A stretch of 64,000 nucleotides of DNA, taken from positions 32,212 to 96,211 of the IMG/VR virus record IMGVR_UViG_3300019776_000212. The stretch is one strand, 5' to 3'. The position numbers and the translations under genes are program-made. Below, one piece after another: positions 18,599-28,790 of the stretch; position 1 is the first letter of the stretch, and each line of letters starts with the position of its first letter. The DNA is from a virus. The notes under the pieces were generated by a model. That model saw only the letters and a list, made by a program, of their open reading frames with translations, made no database searches and was not told where the DNA came from.

Positions 18599-18740
18599 GA
18601 TATGCCTCCTCCGGTGTCATCCCACATTCATGATAGTCTTCATACATGAATGGTGAGTTTACAATAAGGTCGGTAATGCCACAGGTGCCAGATTGACTGG
18701 AATAATCCACAAGTGCAAAGAACCACTCTTCAAAGCTCAC
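18582..18740 (-). CDS. small acidic hypothetical protein (52 aa)
   Basis: Manual: GTG start MSFEEWFFAL...GMTPEEAYHAEWG; AAGGAG SD. Confidence 0.6.
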   Translation of the reverse strand: MSFEEWFFALVDYSSQSGTCGITDLIVNSPFMYEDYHECGMTPEEAYHAEWG

Positions 18741-18978
18741 TCGTGGTACTCCTTACATAGGCTTTGGATGCCTCATACAAACACGCAATCAAATCAATTT
18801 TCATTGGGTCACCAGCCTTCACAAGTTGGTGAGGGTTGTTGGTGTAGAGGATGGCCCAATTAATCCACTCAAATGGTATATGTTGAATTGCGTACTCGCC
18901 TGTTGCCAACCTGAACATAACATCACTGTTTGGCTTGGAAACCCAAGTGTCTTCCCCTACTATACGTTTAGACATCAC
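18730..18978 (-). CDS. hypothetical protein
   Basis: Coupled to exonuclease. Confidence 0.7.
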   Translation of the reverse strand: MMSKRIVGEDTWVSKPNSDVMFRLATGEYAIQHIPFEWINWAILYTNNPHQLVKAGDPMKIDLIACLYEASKAYVRSTTSEL

Positions 18979-20030
18979 AACACCCCCATCTTGGCCAACA
19001 TCTCTTGTACATTAATCCGATCACCACTCCAACGTCTCATATGTGCACAGTCAAAATACACTTGCATGATTTCAATGTAATCTTTGAGTTGTGTTTGTCC
19101 GAAGCAGTCTTTGTACAGTACCGGTTCTGGATACCACTCTTCAAACTGTGCGGCAAGAGTTCTGAGGGCTTCACGGTCATTTGTGCAATCCTTGAGGAGG
19201 TTGTAAGCAGCAACTTCCCCAAACTGTGCCTTCCTTCCTTGCCTATCCTCTTCAATCTTCCAGAGGTCTGCGGCGTGGTAACAGTCAACGTCGTCACCGT
19301 ACAGCACTTGGAAGTAGAGCCAGAGACGCCCTGTACCCTTAACATCAGCTTCTTTACCCTTCTTAATTTCACGGTGAAGCTCACCGAACCCTTGGATAAA
19401 CCGTGGGGCTTTGTCTTTGTCAGGGTTGAACAGCCAGCCAGAGCATTGCAGGGCATCTTTGTCAGAGGTCACTTGGACAATCTTCCCTTCGCCCTTAAAG
19501 CCGCTGTAAGCGCGAATAGAGGACATATCATCCACCTCCTGCCCATGTACAGGCTTAGCACCCAACTCACGCTGCATGAAGTCTCTGAGCTCTTTGAGCT
19601 GTACAGGTCGAATGTTGCCCTCTCGCTTGCCTTTGTATGCACCAGCCCAAACAGGGTCAGTGCCCTTCTTCTTATTCACTTCGCTAGGCTTGTAAGCCTC
19701 TGGAAGTGGGATCAGGTCACGGAAGTTGTCATCACCGCTGATGTAGATCTCCCTACGGGAGATGCCTGTACGCATGCTGTAGCCCTTGAGCATATCACGG
19801 ATAAGGTTTTCACCATAACTCAAGTGCTTTGGCTCTTGGATATCCTCAATGGTGTACATGTCTTCTGTGTGGTTTGTTGTGGACAGATACTGTCGGAATG
19901 CTGTGCGATGGTCCCATGTTTCAGGGATGCCAGTGTCTTGGTGCACAGTTCGGATACGACGTCGTTCGTTTGCAGCGGCTGCCTTGTATGCAATGCTATC
20001 TGCGTCACAAATCAGAGCATCATTATTCAC
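18975..20030 (-). CDS. 5'-3' exonuclease (FEN/T5 D15-like)
   Basis: DADS, NFR, YKGKR, EVDD, DKD, GDxVD acidic motifs. Confidence 0.88.
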   Translation of the reverse strand: MNNDALICDADSIAYKAAAANERRRIRTVHQDTGIPETWDHRTAFRQYLSTTNHTEDMYTIEDIQEPKHLSYGENLIRDMLKGYSMRTGISRREIYISGDDNFRDLIPLPEAYKPSEVNKKKGTDPVWAGAYKGKREGNIRPVQLKELRDFMQRELGAKPVHGQEVDDMSSIRAYSGFKGEGKIVQVTSDKDALQCSGWLFNPDKDKAPRFIQGFGELHREIKKGKEADVKGTGRLWLYFQVLYGDDVDCYHAADLWKIEEDRQGRKAQFGEVAAYNLLKDCTNDREALRTLAAQFEEWYPEPVLYKDCFGQTQLKDYIEIMQVYFDCAHMRRWSGDRINVQEMLAKMGVL

Positions 20031-20211
20031 CCATCACCTCCAGTTTGGTGAAACCGATCAAACCCTCTTCGTAAACCTCTTCGTAGGTCATTTCACACTC
20101 AACCTCAAGCCAGTTGTTGAATTGTTCTCTTGCCCACGCAACAGCAGACTCTCGGGTGACCCACACGCGGTCTTGCTGACCAATCTCCCATTCACACCAG
20201 ATTGAATACAT
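20023..20211 (-). CDS. hypothetical protein
   Basis: GGAGG SD. Confidence 0.7.
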   Translation of the reverse strand: MYSIWCEWEIGQQDRVWVTRESAVAWAREQFNNWLEVECEMTYEEVYEEGLIGFTKLEVMGE

Positions 20212-20260
20212 TTCATTACCTCCAGATGCAAGAAGGGGCGCACGAAGCGCCCCTTGTTAA

Positions 20261-20527
20261 TCACTTATTGTAGCCGGTCAGTCGTTCGTATGTGTTCTGG
20301 ATATCACCAGTACGTTCTGCATACTCTTCATACTGAGCGTCAGCTTCGATCTTTGCACAAGTGGCAACGATACTCACTCGGGCTGCGGGAAGGCCCTCGG
20401 GGTTGTCTTTCTTGTGATATTTTGCTGCATCTTTAGCGCCTTTGACAGCGTCATTGGCTGCCATTTGAGCAGTGATCAGCGGGACCAGTGCATCAAACAG
20501 TGCCTGCTCTTGTTCGTTAAATTGCAT
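20261..20527 (-). CDS. hypothetical helical protein
   Basis: TAAGGAG SD, followed by terminator at 20231-20255. Confidence 0.75.
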   Translation of the reverse strand: MQFNEQEQALFDALVPLITAQMAANDAVKGAKDAAKYHKKDNPEGLPAARVSIVATCAKIEADAQYEEYAERTGDIQNTYERLTGYNK

Positions 20528-20536
20528 TTTTACTCC

Positions 20537-20731
20537 TTACCGGCGACGACGGTGAATTTTACTATCTGCCACAGCTACGAAAGCTGCACCCAGACAAATG
20601 AAAACGATCCAGATGATTGGGATAATCCAGAATGGGGCCAACACCCAAACCCAGCTAAGGGCAATCAACCCACAAAGCTTCAAGATCACCAGCACAACTC
20701 CAATTACACCAAGCAGGCTCATTTCAGCCAT
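20537..20731 (-). CDS. small membrane protein
   Basis: LKLCGLIALSWVWVLAPFW motif. Confidence 0.7.
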   Translation of the reverse strand: MAEMSLLGVIGVVLVILKLCGLIALSWVWVLAPFWIIPIIWIVFICLGAAFVAVADSKIHRRRR

Positions 20732-20970
20732 CCCAGCTCTTTGGCTTTCTGGAGAGCTTTGATCAAGTTGTCTGCGTGTTCAGCAGAGCTGATAACAACA
20801 TAATCACCACCATCAGAGATGGCTACACTATTCTCGCCTTTACTTCGTTGCTTCCAACGCTCGATTGAAAATCCTTGGATGTAGTTAGGGCCTTCGCCTC
20901 GGTTGAAATCTCGTTCTGCGAATTGAATTGTGTGAATCTCAGCCTCTGGCTTACGTACGTCGAAATTCAT
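20719..20970 (-). CDS. hypothetical protein
   Basis: AAGGAG SD. Confidence 0.75.
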   Translation of the reverse strand: MNFDVRKPEAEIHTIQFAERDFNRGEGPNYIQGFSIERWKQRSKGENSVAISDGGDYVVISSAEHADNLIKALQKAKELGWLK

Positions 20971-21056
20971 TCTAGTCTCCTTGTTTGTTTAGATGGGGCC
21001 AATGCCCGAGGAACGAGGGCCACTTTACCAGCTGGCCCTTCCTGAGTCAAGCCCTA

Positions 21057-22082
21057 TTAAAAGGGAATATCCTCATCAAACTCGTCTTCCTTCTGAGGAA
21101 TCGGAGTCACCTCTGGCTTCGGAACAGCTTGTTCAGCTGGCTTGTCGCCTTGTGGCTTGTAACCTTCACCGATTACTGCTTTCAGAGGGCTGTCAGTGAC
21201 GACGCCTTGTTCTTCACGGGTGAAGTTCAGAGCTTTACGCTGGTGGTTCTTGATCGAAGCACGGGCTTCAAGAGCCGCGTTCTTGTCAAGATTGGTGTCC
21301 CACATTTGCACCAGAGCCAGAGTTACATCAGCTGGCAGCTCAGGAATCGGCAAGCCTTCTGGCACCATACCAGCGAGGTTGATTCGCTCGGTGTAGAAGC
21401 CTTTGGCGTTGTTGAACACCTGAATCTGGAACTGTACAGTTTTGCCAAGCAGCTCGTCAATACGCTCCGCCTTGAACAGACCATCAGCATCCAGCAGACC
21501 AGCAGCTTCTGCCAACTTGTGGATACCGTTGTTCTTGGCCAGTGCCCACTTTGCAGCACCCGGTTTGCCTTGGTTGTGGTTCATCGAACGCAGGTTGTAG
21601 GGGCGTTGCACCAGACGATTGAACTCACCGTTCAGAATCAGGCGAAGTGGCATTGGCTTGGATTCACCAGTGATGAACGAGCCTTTGTCAACCATGATCT
21701 GAGGGAAGTCAGCAGCAATAGCGATTTGCTGAACAGGTTTTTGCTTGTAGCGGAAGCACATATTACCTTCGAACATCTCGAAGCGAGCATCTTCACGCTT
21801 GCTTTCAGAGATGATTCTCTGGGCATCAGCCCCAGCCACATCACCGTCGAATGGGCCAACACGTTTCAGCCACTCAGCATCAGTGATCTGGATTGCTGCA
21901 TCTGCAAGCTCTTGCAGACCCAAGTCGTAAATGCCGGTGATTGTGCCGGGCAGAGAACGTGGTTTGCTCTGAGTATTGGCAGCGTCGATGACGTGCTGAT
22001 TCATTGCCTTGTAATCAACTTGACGGCGTGGAGCCTGCTCGCTGCCGGAAGTTTGTGCGTTACCTGCTGTCATGAAAGCCAT
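21057..22082 (-). CDS. putative ssDNA-binding protein
   Basis: Acidic C-terminus EDEFDEDIPF; located in replication module. Confidence 0.6.
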   Translation of the reverse strand: MAFMTAGNAQTSGSEQAPRRQVDYKAMNQHVIDAANTQSKPRSLPGTITGIYDLGLQELADAAIQITDAEWLKRVGPFDGDVAGADAQRIISESKREDARFEMFEGNMCFRYKQKPVQQIAIAADFPQIMVDKGSFITGESKPMPLRLILNGEFNRLVQRPYNLRSMNHNQGKPGAAKWALAKNNGIHKLAEAAGLLDADGLFKAERIDELLGKTVQFQIQVFNNAKGFYTERINLAGMVPEGLPIPELPADVTLALVQMWDTNLDKNAALEARASIKNHQRKALNFTREEQGVVTDSPLKAVIGEGYKPQGDKPAEQAVPKPEVTPIPQKEDEFDEDIPF

Positions 22083-22166
22083 TTGCTTCTCCTATCTAAA
22101 TTGCCCACTTACTGGGGCTGAAATGAAAAGGGAACCTTTTCGGGTTCCCTTATTTATTGGAAGCTC

Positions 22167-22877
22167 TTACCGAACTTCTTTGTGTGCGTTGTACTGGATG
22201 ATGACAACGCCTTTCTCTTTACCGCCGAGGGTGGCCTTGATAGCCCGAGCCCGCTTACGGTTCTTTGTGAGCAGAATGGATGTGCCATCGCTCAGCTGCA
22301 CTTCGTAAACAACCTTGGTGCGTGGCTTCACTTCCTCTGCCTTATGTTTGACAGTGTACTGCGGTTTCTGTTCTGTGTCAACAGCCTTCTCAAGCTTTTT
22401 CACACGGAAGAAAGTGGCTACTTTGAGATGCCGCTGCACAAACCACAAACCATTATCGAAGGTTTCACCAAACTGGAGGTGATAGTGTTCAGAGCCATTG
22501 TCGATGGCGAGCACAGTGAATACCCCACCAGCCACAACACCATACTGACTGTTCTCAGATCCATCTTCTGCAATGTTACTTGGGAGATAGTTTTTGGTGT
22601 AGGCTACATCACCTACCCCCAGCTTGTCAAGGCTGACGATCTCCATCTCAACAACGTCACAGGCGTGGAGACATTGTGAGTAGTTGTCGGACTTAGCCCA
22701 CTTAGACTCCGAGCACGCCGGACGTCCGAAGACCAGCTCGGCTGTGGTGGCGCCGCTGAGGTATACGTTTCTACTGTCGGCGTAGCCAGTCAGAATCTGG
22801 CCAGCTTTGTAACCGTGCATGATTCGTGGGCGTTGTTCGGATTGGTAGTCACGAAGTACCATGAAATACTGAGTCAT
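22167..22877 (-). CDS. hypothetical protein
   Basis: 236 aa, followed by terminator at 22126-22150. Confidence 0.8.
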   Translation of the reverse strand: MTQYFMVLRDYQSEQRPRIMHGYKAGQILTGYADSRNVYLSGATTAELVFGRPACSESKWAKSDNYSQCLHACDVVEMEIVSLDKLGVGDVAYTKNYLPSNIAEDGSENSQYGVVAGGVFTVLAIDNGSEHYHLQFGETFDNGLWFVQRHLKVATFFRVKKLEKAVDTEQKPQYTVKHKAEEVKPRTKVVYEVQLSDGTSILLTKNRKRARAIKATLGGKEKGVVIIQYNAHKEVR

Positions 22878-23050
22878 TATTTACTCTCCTTTTTGAGATG
22901 ATCTTTCTTCACGTAGCTTTGAATACCACGTGCATTCTGGCAAAGATAACCCTCGAAGATGAAATTGTAATTGGCGATGGCTGTTACAACCTCACCATGC
23001 TGGAACAGGTGGTCAAACTTATTTCCACCCACTACAACGTATTTATCCAT
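22877..23050 (-). CDS. small hypothetical protein (57 aa)
   Basis: Manual: MDKYVVVGGNKFDHLF..., coupled on both sides. Confidence 0.65.
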   Translation of the reverse strand: MDKYVVVGGNKFDHLFQHGEVVTAIANYNFIFEGYLCQNARGIQSYVKKDHLKKESK

Positions 23051-23283
23051 CAGCCTTCGCCTCGATCAATTGCTTCCTGAGCTTTAGCGGCTTCCTCAAA
23101 TTTCTTCAAGGCTTTGCGAAGCTTCTTCGACCCTTCTACGTCGAGGATGACGTTATCGCCGGTGAGGTTGATGGCGAATGATGCATACTGCTTACCTTTG
23201 AAGCCTCCCTTAATGACGTCCAAATCGACACCAAGGGTATCTCCGTAGATATCTGTGAATTCGAGACGATGTTCTTGTTCCAT
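23050..23283 (-). CDS. hypothetical protein
   Basis: AAGGAG SD; promoter TTGACA-17-TATTAT upstream. Confidence 0.75.
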   Translation of the reverse strand: MEQEHRLEFTDIYGDTLGVDLDVIKGGFKGKQYASFAINLTGDNVILDVEGSKKLRKALKKFEEAAKAQEAIDRGEG

Positions 23284-23366
23284 ATTACTCTCCTTTGTTT
23301 GTTGTGCTTCGATGAGGTGAATAATACATACTTCACCTCACCTTGTCAACACCTAAAATACCTAAA

Positions 23367-25634
23367 TTAGTGAATGTCGCTGTATCTTGGGCCGAATTGA
23401 GTTTCGCAGTCAAGCTTACGACGCAGACCATAGTCCTCATTCACCTTGTGTACAGCATCCTTGATCATCTTTGCGATGATCAGGCGGTTTGCCTCAGTGT
23501 CACCCATGCAGATGATGCATTCGTCGTGGAACGAGCCCGACAGCCGCTTCACACCCCATTTAGCTTTCATTGCAGTCAGGATGTTATCCACCCACATATC
23601 GAAGAAGAACGAGCCAGTGCCTTGGGCCAGTGTAGAGAATCGGTCACTCTCCTTACGAAGAGAGTAGCAGAAGCCGTTGATTGGGTTTACCAACCACTTC
23701 GCACCACGTGCATCCCGAATCACCACCTGCTCTTCTGCAATAGCCTTAACGCTCCAGTTCAGCTCCCAGTAAGCTTTGTGCAGAATGATGCCCTCAGCCT
23801 CAGGAACACCTGCTGCTTGAGCAATCTTAGCAGCGCCAGCGTTGTACACGGAAGCGTAGTTTGTAGTCTTACCCTTCTTACGTGCTGCTACAGCGTTCTT
23901 ACTCTTCTTACCAGCCTTGAAGTCGTCAAACTCTTGCTGGGTCACCATCTTGGCGATAAGCGCCATCAGGATGTGTGGATCGAAGTCATCAGCCTGCATC
24001 GTCTCAACATACTCTGGGTCATGCGGGAGCATGAAGTGGTGCTTCACACGGTCTTCAAGAGACGACATGTCAGAGCCTACCAGAATCTTCTTCAAGCCTG
24101 CAATCAACCCGCCACGAATGTCATAGCCATAAGCCTTGTCCACGCCCGGCAGGTTTACCAGCTCACGGTGCTTAACACGCAGGGTGTTAGTGAATCCACC
24201 AATGCGCGCCTTCAACCATTCTCCATCCTCCAGAGCTTCAAGGAAGCCCTCAAGAACACCCAGACGGTTTTTGGCCACAGTGTAGTCAGCATACACCTTA
24301 ATCTGTGGAACCTCTTCTGCCAAGTCTTCCAGAGAAGGGCAAAGCTCCTTGCCGTCATCACCAGCTCGGGTTACTTGTGGAATCTCACGTTCTTTCGGAC
24401 GGTTCTCCTTCCACTCTGCCCAAGCTCTTTGGTTCTTTGCATTCTTGCCTTTTGGCTTGCTGGCCACCCATTTGTTGAAAGCCTCTTCGTCTTTCTCGTA
24501 TTTGAAGGTTTGAGGAATCCAACCCATCGCAAACAAGAAGTCTTTCACCTGTGCAGGGGAGCCACAGTTTGGTTCTTCGTTCTTGTTCCACACACGATAA
24601 TACTGCTCACCACGCTCATCCACTCCATCTTCTGGGTTGATGTAGACAAGCACCTTACCCGTTTCTGGGTCTGTTGCTTGATCTGCGTAGTCAGCCATTA
24701 CACCGTCCCACTTAATCCAGTGGGATGCCCTGTCGCCGTTCTTTTTGAACGGGTCGATCTTCGGTGAACTCTTCTTGACATACTTTGGCACCTTTGGCAT
24801 TACGCTTTCCAGCTCTGCCTTGGCAGCCTCTACGATCTTTGCGAGCTTGTCACGGCTAGCGATCACAGTGGGAACATCCACCTGCCAGCGAGTCTTCTCC
24901 TGCAACCGTGCACAATCCATTTTGAACATCAGGAATGTGAGGATACTGTCAACTGCACTGTCAACCGAACGTCCAACCATATCGTCAATTGGAATCCACT
25001 CATCAGCATGCTGACGTCGGCCACCGACGTTCAACCAGTTGCCCGTCTTTTGATCTTCAACACCATTGTCAATAGCATCTTGAGCAATCGTGTAGATGTT
25101 CTCAAGTCGAGCCATGTGGTCGTCCCACAGTGCCCAGTTGATCTTAACGTCCTCTTGGCATCGGTGAGTCATAGAGTCCAAGAACTCTTCAAGGGTTTCA
25201 CCCTCTTGTTGCTCCCAGTGCTCGATAGCTGGCTTGGCAATGCCGTAGTCGGCAAAGAACGAATCCAAGCCGTGCATGTTACGGTCTGGGCTCAAGTACC
25301 AGCTAGTTGCCAGAGTGTCGATCACCATCAAATTGGTGAGATCAATTCCAAACAGCTTTTCCAAAGCTGGTGCGTCGTAGCCGATACCGTTGTGCATTAC
25401 AATTGGAATGCCATTCTTGATGTGGTAGTCAAGGAAGGCAACCACTTGGGCCTTATAGTCACGGCCCTTTGCATCCAGACGATCACGACGAATGGTTTTT
25501 TCGATGAATGCACCTTCCAGACCGGGGCTGTGCATCTTGTAAGACAACACGTGCATCTCAGTTACTGCGTACAACAGGCCATTGGCCTCGACGTCAGCTA
25601 CAGTGGCCTTACGCCAGTTTGTCACCTGTTTCAT
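23367..25634 (-). CDS. DNA polymerase, family A with 3'-5' exonuclease
   Basis: DVE, HNGIGYD, RCQEDV exo motifs; DMSSLEDR (A), RKKGKTTNYASVY (B), HDE (C). Confidence 0.93.
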   Translation of the reverse strand: MKQVTNWRKATVADVEANGLLYAVTEMHVLSYKMHSPGLEGAFIEKTIRRDRLDAKGRDYKAQVVAFLDYHIKNGIPIVMHNGIGYDAPALEKLFGIDLTNLMVIDTLATSWYLSPDRNMHGLDSFFADYGIAKPAIEHWEQQEGETLEEFLDSMTHRCQEDVKINWALWDDHMARLENIYTIAQDAIDNGVEDQKTGNWLNVGGRRQHADEWIPIDDMVGRSVDSAVDSILTFLMFKMDCARLQEKTRWQVDVPTVIASRDKLAKIVEAAKAELESVMPKVPKYVKKSSPKIDPFKKNGDRASHWIKWDGVMADYADQATDPETGKVLVYINPEDGVDERGEQYYRVWNKNEEPNCGSPAQVKDFLFAMGWIPQTFKYEKDEEAFNKWVASKPKGKNAKNQRAWAEWKENRPKEREIPQVTRAGDDGKELCPSLEDLAEEVPQIKVYADYTVAKNRLGVLEGFLEALEDGEWLKARIGGFTNTLRVKHRELVNLPGVDKAYGYDIRGGLIAGLKKILVGSDMSSLEDRVKHHFMLPHDPEYVETMQADDFDPHILMALIAKMVTQQEFDDFKAGKKSKNAVAARKKGKTTNYASVYNAGAAKIAQAAGVPEAEGIILHKAYWELNWSVKAIAEEQVVIRDARGAKWLVNPINGFCYSLRKESDRFSTLAQGTGSFFFDMWVDNILTAMKAKWGVKRLSGSFHDECIICMGDTEANRLIIAKMIKDAVHKVNEDYGLRRKLDCETQFGPRYSDIH

Positions 25635-25696
25635 TTTCGCCTCCTTTAAAATGACGAAAGGGAGAGTACCCTAAGGCACCCTCCCATGTCAACTAC

Positions 25697-27580
25697 TCAG
25701 TCCTCGCTACCTTCGGCAGCAAGCTTGTTTGCTTCCCACTCTTGCCTCACCTTCGGATGACGGTCCATATAATCCTCAAGATCATGGATGGTGTGGGTTT
25801 CGTTATCGTAATAATACTCGCCCGCCTTGGGGCTCGTATTGCCAGTCCAACGGCACTTGGTCATCTTCATGCGAGTGATGTTACGCTCGATTGGGCACTC
25901 AGCCTCTTTGTTACGGGTGAACAGCAGGTTGCATGCACCAGACTTGAAGATTGCAGAAGACCCTTGGAAGTCCTCTTCGCTCAGGTCTGCACCTTGCGAG
26001 TTCTGCTTGCCGCCACCAGCACTCTTACGGACGTGGTTGATGTTGATGAACGTCACCTTGTGGGATTTGTTCATACCCTTCTGCCAACGCATGAATACAG
26101 CTTGCTCTTCGTTCGACATTCCGTCAAGGATATCTTGCAGAGGGTCAAGGATGATCACCTTGCAATCACAGGCAACAATCAGCTCCATGATCTTCGCTTT
26201 CAGGTCATCCAATCCACCATCACGCTCATCCATCAGGTAGTAGCGGTGGCTGCCATCTGGGAGGAATTCGATATCAGTTTGTTGAGCTTCAACCTCTGGA
26301 CGGCACAGATACTCATACTTGTCCTGAGGCGATTCGATAAGGTCAATCTTCAACCCCATCTTACGAGACAGCAGTTTGATGCCGTATTCGTCAACGTCCG
26401 ACTCCAGAGACACAACACCAATCTTGTGCGGAGACTCATAAATCCAGAACAACACACATTCGTCAACGATGGTTGATTTACCAGTACCAGATGCAGAACC
26501 CAAGTTGATGATACGCCCAAGTGGGAAACCACCAGCAGTCATCTTTTGCAGCTTCTTCATGAACGGAGGCAGTGGAATCTTTGGAACCAGAACACTCTGC
26601 TTCATACGGTCCATCATGCCACCACTACCAACAATACCGTTTGGTGTATGTGGAAGTGCACGGAAGACACGGTTTACGAAGTCTTCATGCTTACCCTTCA
26701 CAAGGTATTCGTTAGGATCTTTCAGGTCCATAGACATGATGTGGCACTTGCCCTTCGGCATTGCCTTCACCAGCTTCTCAGCGGCATCTTTGCCAGCTTC
26801 GTCACTGTCCATGCAGATGATGATCTTCTCGAAACGGTCAAACCACTGGTAGTGCTTGACAGCTTGTTTGTGTGCACCAGCCTCACCGATGGTGGACGAT
26901 ACAACAGGAATCGGATCATACTGAGTGCCGTTACGGGCGTTAGCTTTGTCTTGGTAGTCTTTCAGCATCTGGAATGCTGACAGTTGATCCACCTCACCGC
27001 CGACAACGATTACTCGGCTGCCCTTGCCACCCATATGGTTTTTGAAACGGAAGTAGCCAAACAGGTCGGCGTCCTTACCAGTTTCACCCAATGGAGGTTG
27101 ACTGAAATCCTTGGGGATACGACGGATTTTGTAGCCGGTCAATGCACCGTCAGTCGTGCAAGGATAGTATTGTTTTGCGACTTCACCAGTCTTTGTGTCG
27201 ATCTCATGTCGTACACCAAAGAACGTGGTAATTTCAGCACGGATGCCACGGAAGCCTTTGCTATCAGTTGTTGTGATAGCTTTCAGGTCTTCGTGGATCT
27301 GCGGATTGAATGCTGTACCCACTACATCAAACTCCTCTTCATGTGGCTCTTCGCCACGTGCTTCAATCTCTTCTTCGCTCAGGAGGGTGTATCCACAACG
27401 GCCACCCCAACAGAACGCTCCTTTGTGCTTACCAGTGGAGTGATCAGTGCCATACACCATAAGGTTGTCGCCACTACTGTCTCCACCTTTCTGTGCACAC
27501 TTCGGACACTGCACTTTACCCTCTTGGTAAAGATCAATGCCGTACAACCTCAACACTTTTTCGTGAAGCTTTTCTTTCAT
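25697..27580 (-). CDS. DNA primase-helicase (T7 gp4-like)
   Basis: CPKC Zn finger, TOPRIM GGEVD/DSD/KDPNE, Walker A SGTGKST, IILD, HVRK. Confidence 0.93.
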   Translation of the reverse strand: MKEKLHEKVLRLYGIDLYQEGKVQCPKCAQKGGDSSGDNLMVYGTDHSTGKHKGAFCWGGRCGYTLLSEEEIEARGEEPHEEEFDVVGTAFNPQIHEDLKAITTTDSKGFRGIRAEITTFFGVRHEIDTKTGEVAKQYYPCTTDGALTGYKIRRIPKDFSQPPLGETGKDADLFGYFRFKNHMGGKGSRVIVVGGEVDQLSAFQMLKDYQDKANARNGTQYDPIPVVSSTIGEAGAHKQAVKHYQWFDRFEKIIICMDSDEAGKDAAEKLVKAMPKGKCHIMSMDLKDPNEYLVKGKHEDFVNRVFRALPHTPNGIVGSGGMMDRMKQSVLVPKIPLPPFMKKLQKMTAGGFPLGRIINLGSASGTGKSTIVDECVLFWIYESPHKIGVVSLESDVDEYGIKLLSRKMGLKIDLIESPQDKYEYLCRPEVEAQQTDIEFLPDGSHRYYLMDERDGGLDDLKAKIMELIVACDCKVIILDPLQDILDGMSNEEQAVFMRWQKGMNKSHKVTFININHVRKSAGGGKQNSQGADLSEEDFQGSSAIFKSGACNLLFTRNKEAECPIERNITRMKMTKCRWTGNTSPKAGEYYYDNETHTIHDLEDYMDRHPKVRQEWEANKLAAEGSED

Positions 27581-27786
27581 ACCAACTCCAGTTCAGACGC
27601 ATTGAACCACAATGCGGTTGCGTCCACTTCATTGTACTCAGAGTCTTCTATTACTCCGAGATTCACTTCGTACTCTGGACAGTCAGGATCATCCCAAGTT
27701 TCCTTAGCATACACCTTAGTGATGGTGCCGATCATACCATAGAACGGCCCACTGTCAAGCACCCTTACCTGATTTCCACGCTTCAC
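27577..27786 (-). CDS. hypothetical protein
   Basis: Coupled; KOW-like start. Confidence 0.7.
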   Translation of the reverse strand: MKRGNQVRVLDSGPFYGMIGTITKVYAKETWDDPDCPEYEVNLGVIEDSEYNEVDATALWFNASELELV

Positions 27787-27995
27787 TTCAACACCTCCAC
27801 ATAACCTTTTTCTGCCCAGATGTGATCCACTCCGTATCCAAGCTCATCGTGGTATGTGCACATACCCATGAACTCTACGTAAGCCGGGTCGTTGTCAGTA
27901 ATGGTTTTGACAGTGAACTGATAACCACTCTTAAGCCCAGTATTGTCGCTATCGACCACAACAAGCTTAGTTCCAATCTTAAGGATATCCATCAC
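27783..27995 (-). CDS. hypothetical protein
   Basis: Coupled. Confidence 0.7.
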   Translation of the reverse strand: MMDILKIGTKLVVVDSDNTGLKSGYQFTVKTITDNDPAYVEFMGMCTYHDELGYGVDHIWAEKGYVEVLK

Positions 27996-28165
27996 ATTTT
28001 CACCAGAGTAATCTGGAGCTTGTCGTCACGGGAAGCGGCATGTTCGATGGCCAGCTTGGCTCGGTCACGTTCAGGTACGGAGGCAAACTCCACAACGGAG
28101 GTGGACCCGCCTTCAAGCTCCCAGCCATTTTTCATGAATTTTATGATGATGAGCAGTTTGTACAT
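27992..28165 (-). CDS. small hypothetical protein (57 aa)
   Basis: Manual: MYKLLIIIKFMKNGWELEGG..., AAGGAG SD. Confidence 0.65.
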   Translation of the reverse strand: MYKLLIIIKFMKNGWELEGGSTSVVEFASVPERDRAKLAIEHAASRDDKLQITLVKM

Positions 28166-28296
28166 TATTCATCTCCTTTGTGTTTGTGCTTTGGTTTTCT
28201 ACGGTACACACCCTTCTTAGGTGTTTCCACCTTGTGCTTGTTAACTCTCCGATTTGGAGCTGCAAGTGGGTTTCTGTTCAAATCTGTCTCACCCAT
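28165..28296 (-). CDS. small basic protein, ArfA-like C-terminus
   Basis: Manual: ...RNPLAAPNRRVNKHKVETPKKGVYRRKPKHKHKGDE. Confidence 0.55.
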   Translation of the reverse strand: MGETDLNRNPLAAPNRRVNKHKVETPKKGVYRRKPKHKHKGDE

Positions 28297-28537
28297 GTCC
28301 ACTGAGATTCAATAGGGTTGCTGTGGTTTACCCAGTATTTGTCTTCACGGCCTTTGGCATCAAAAACCACGACAACAGACTCACAATTTAAGGATGGATA
28401 GATTTTTACGTCATACACACACCCTCGTGGTCATCATACAGCTTCTTCGCAAACTCCACAAGCCTTTCAGTGACCTTATCCATGCTTCCTCCAAATTCAG
28501 GCGTAAAAATGGCCCCGCGTGAGCAGGGCCGATAAGC

Positions 28538-28780
28538 TTAGAAGCGTTTGATGCTCAGGGTAAACTCACCGTGCTCGACAATACGGCCATACTCCAGCAC
28601 TTCGTAATGACCAGTGTCGTAAGCAAGGAGCAGGGAGCACCCGTCGAAGCGGTCAAGGCCGCTCAGCAGCTTGAAGTCACAGCTGTGGAAGACTACACCA
28701 GCATCACCGATGTTTTCCCAGCCATCATAACTTTTCAGGAAAGCTTTTTCAACACCCATTTCACGTTCAAAAATACGCAT
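28538..28780 (-). CDS. hypothetical protein
   Basis: GGGGAG SD; terminator at 28504-28530. Confidence 0.75.
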   Translation of the reverse strand: MRIFEREMGVEKAFLKSYDGWENIGDAGVVFHSCDFKLLSGLDRFDGCSLLLAYDTGHYEVLEYGRIVEHGEFTLSIKRF

Positions 28781-28790
28781 TCATCTCCCC

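Noticed and set aside
23367-27580. Intron or intein in polymerase or helicase
   Set aside because: Both ORFs are continuous, of normal size, and lack intein terminal motifs.
11085-27742. Long plus-strand ORFs (e.g. 11085-12245, 19005-20051, 20985-22121, 23343-24767)
   Set aside because: Antisense shadows of well-supported minus-strand genes, with no SD or recognisable motifs.
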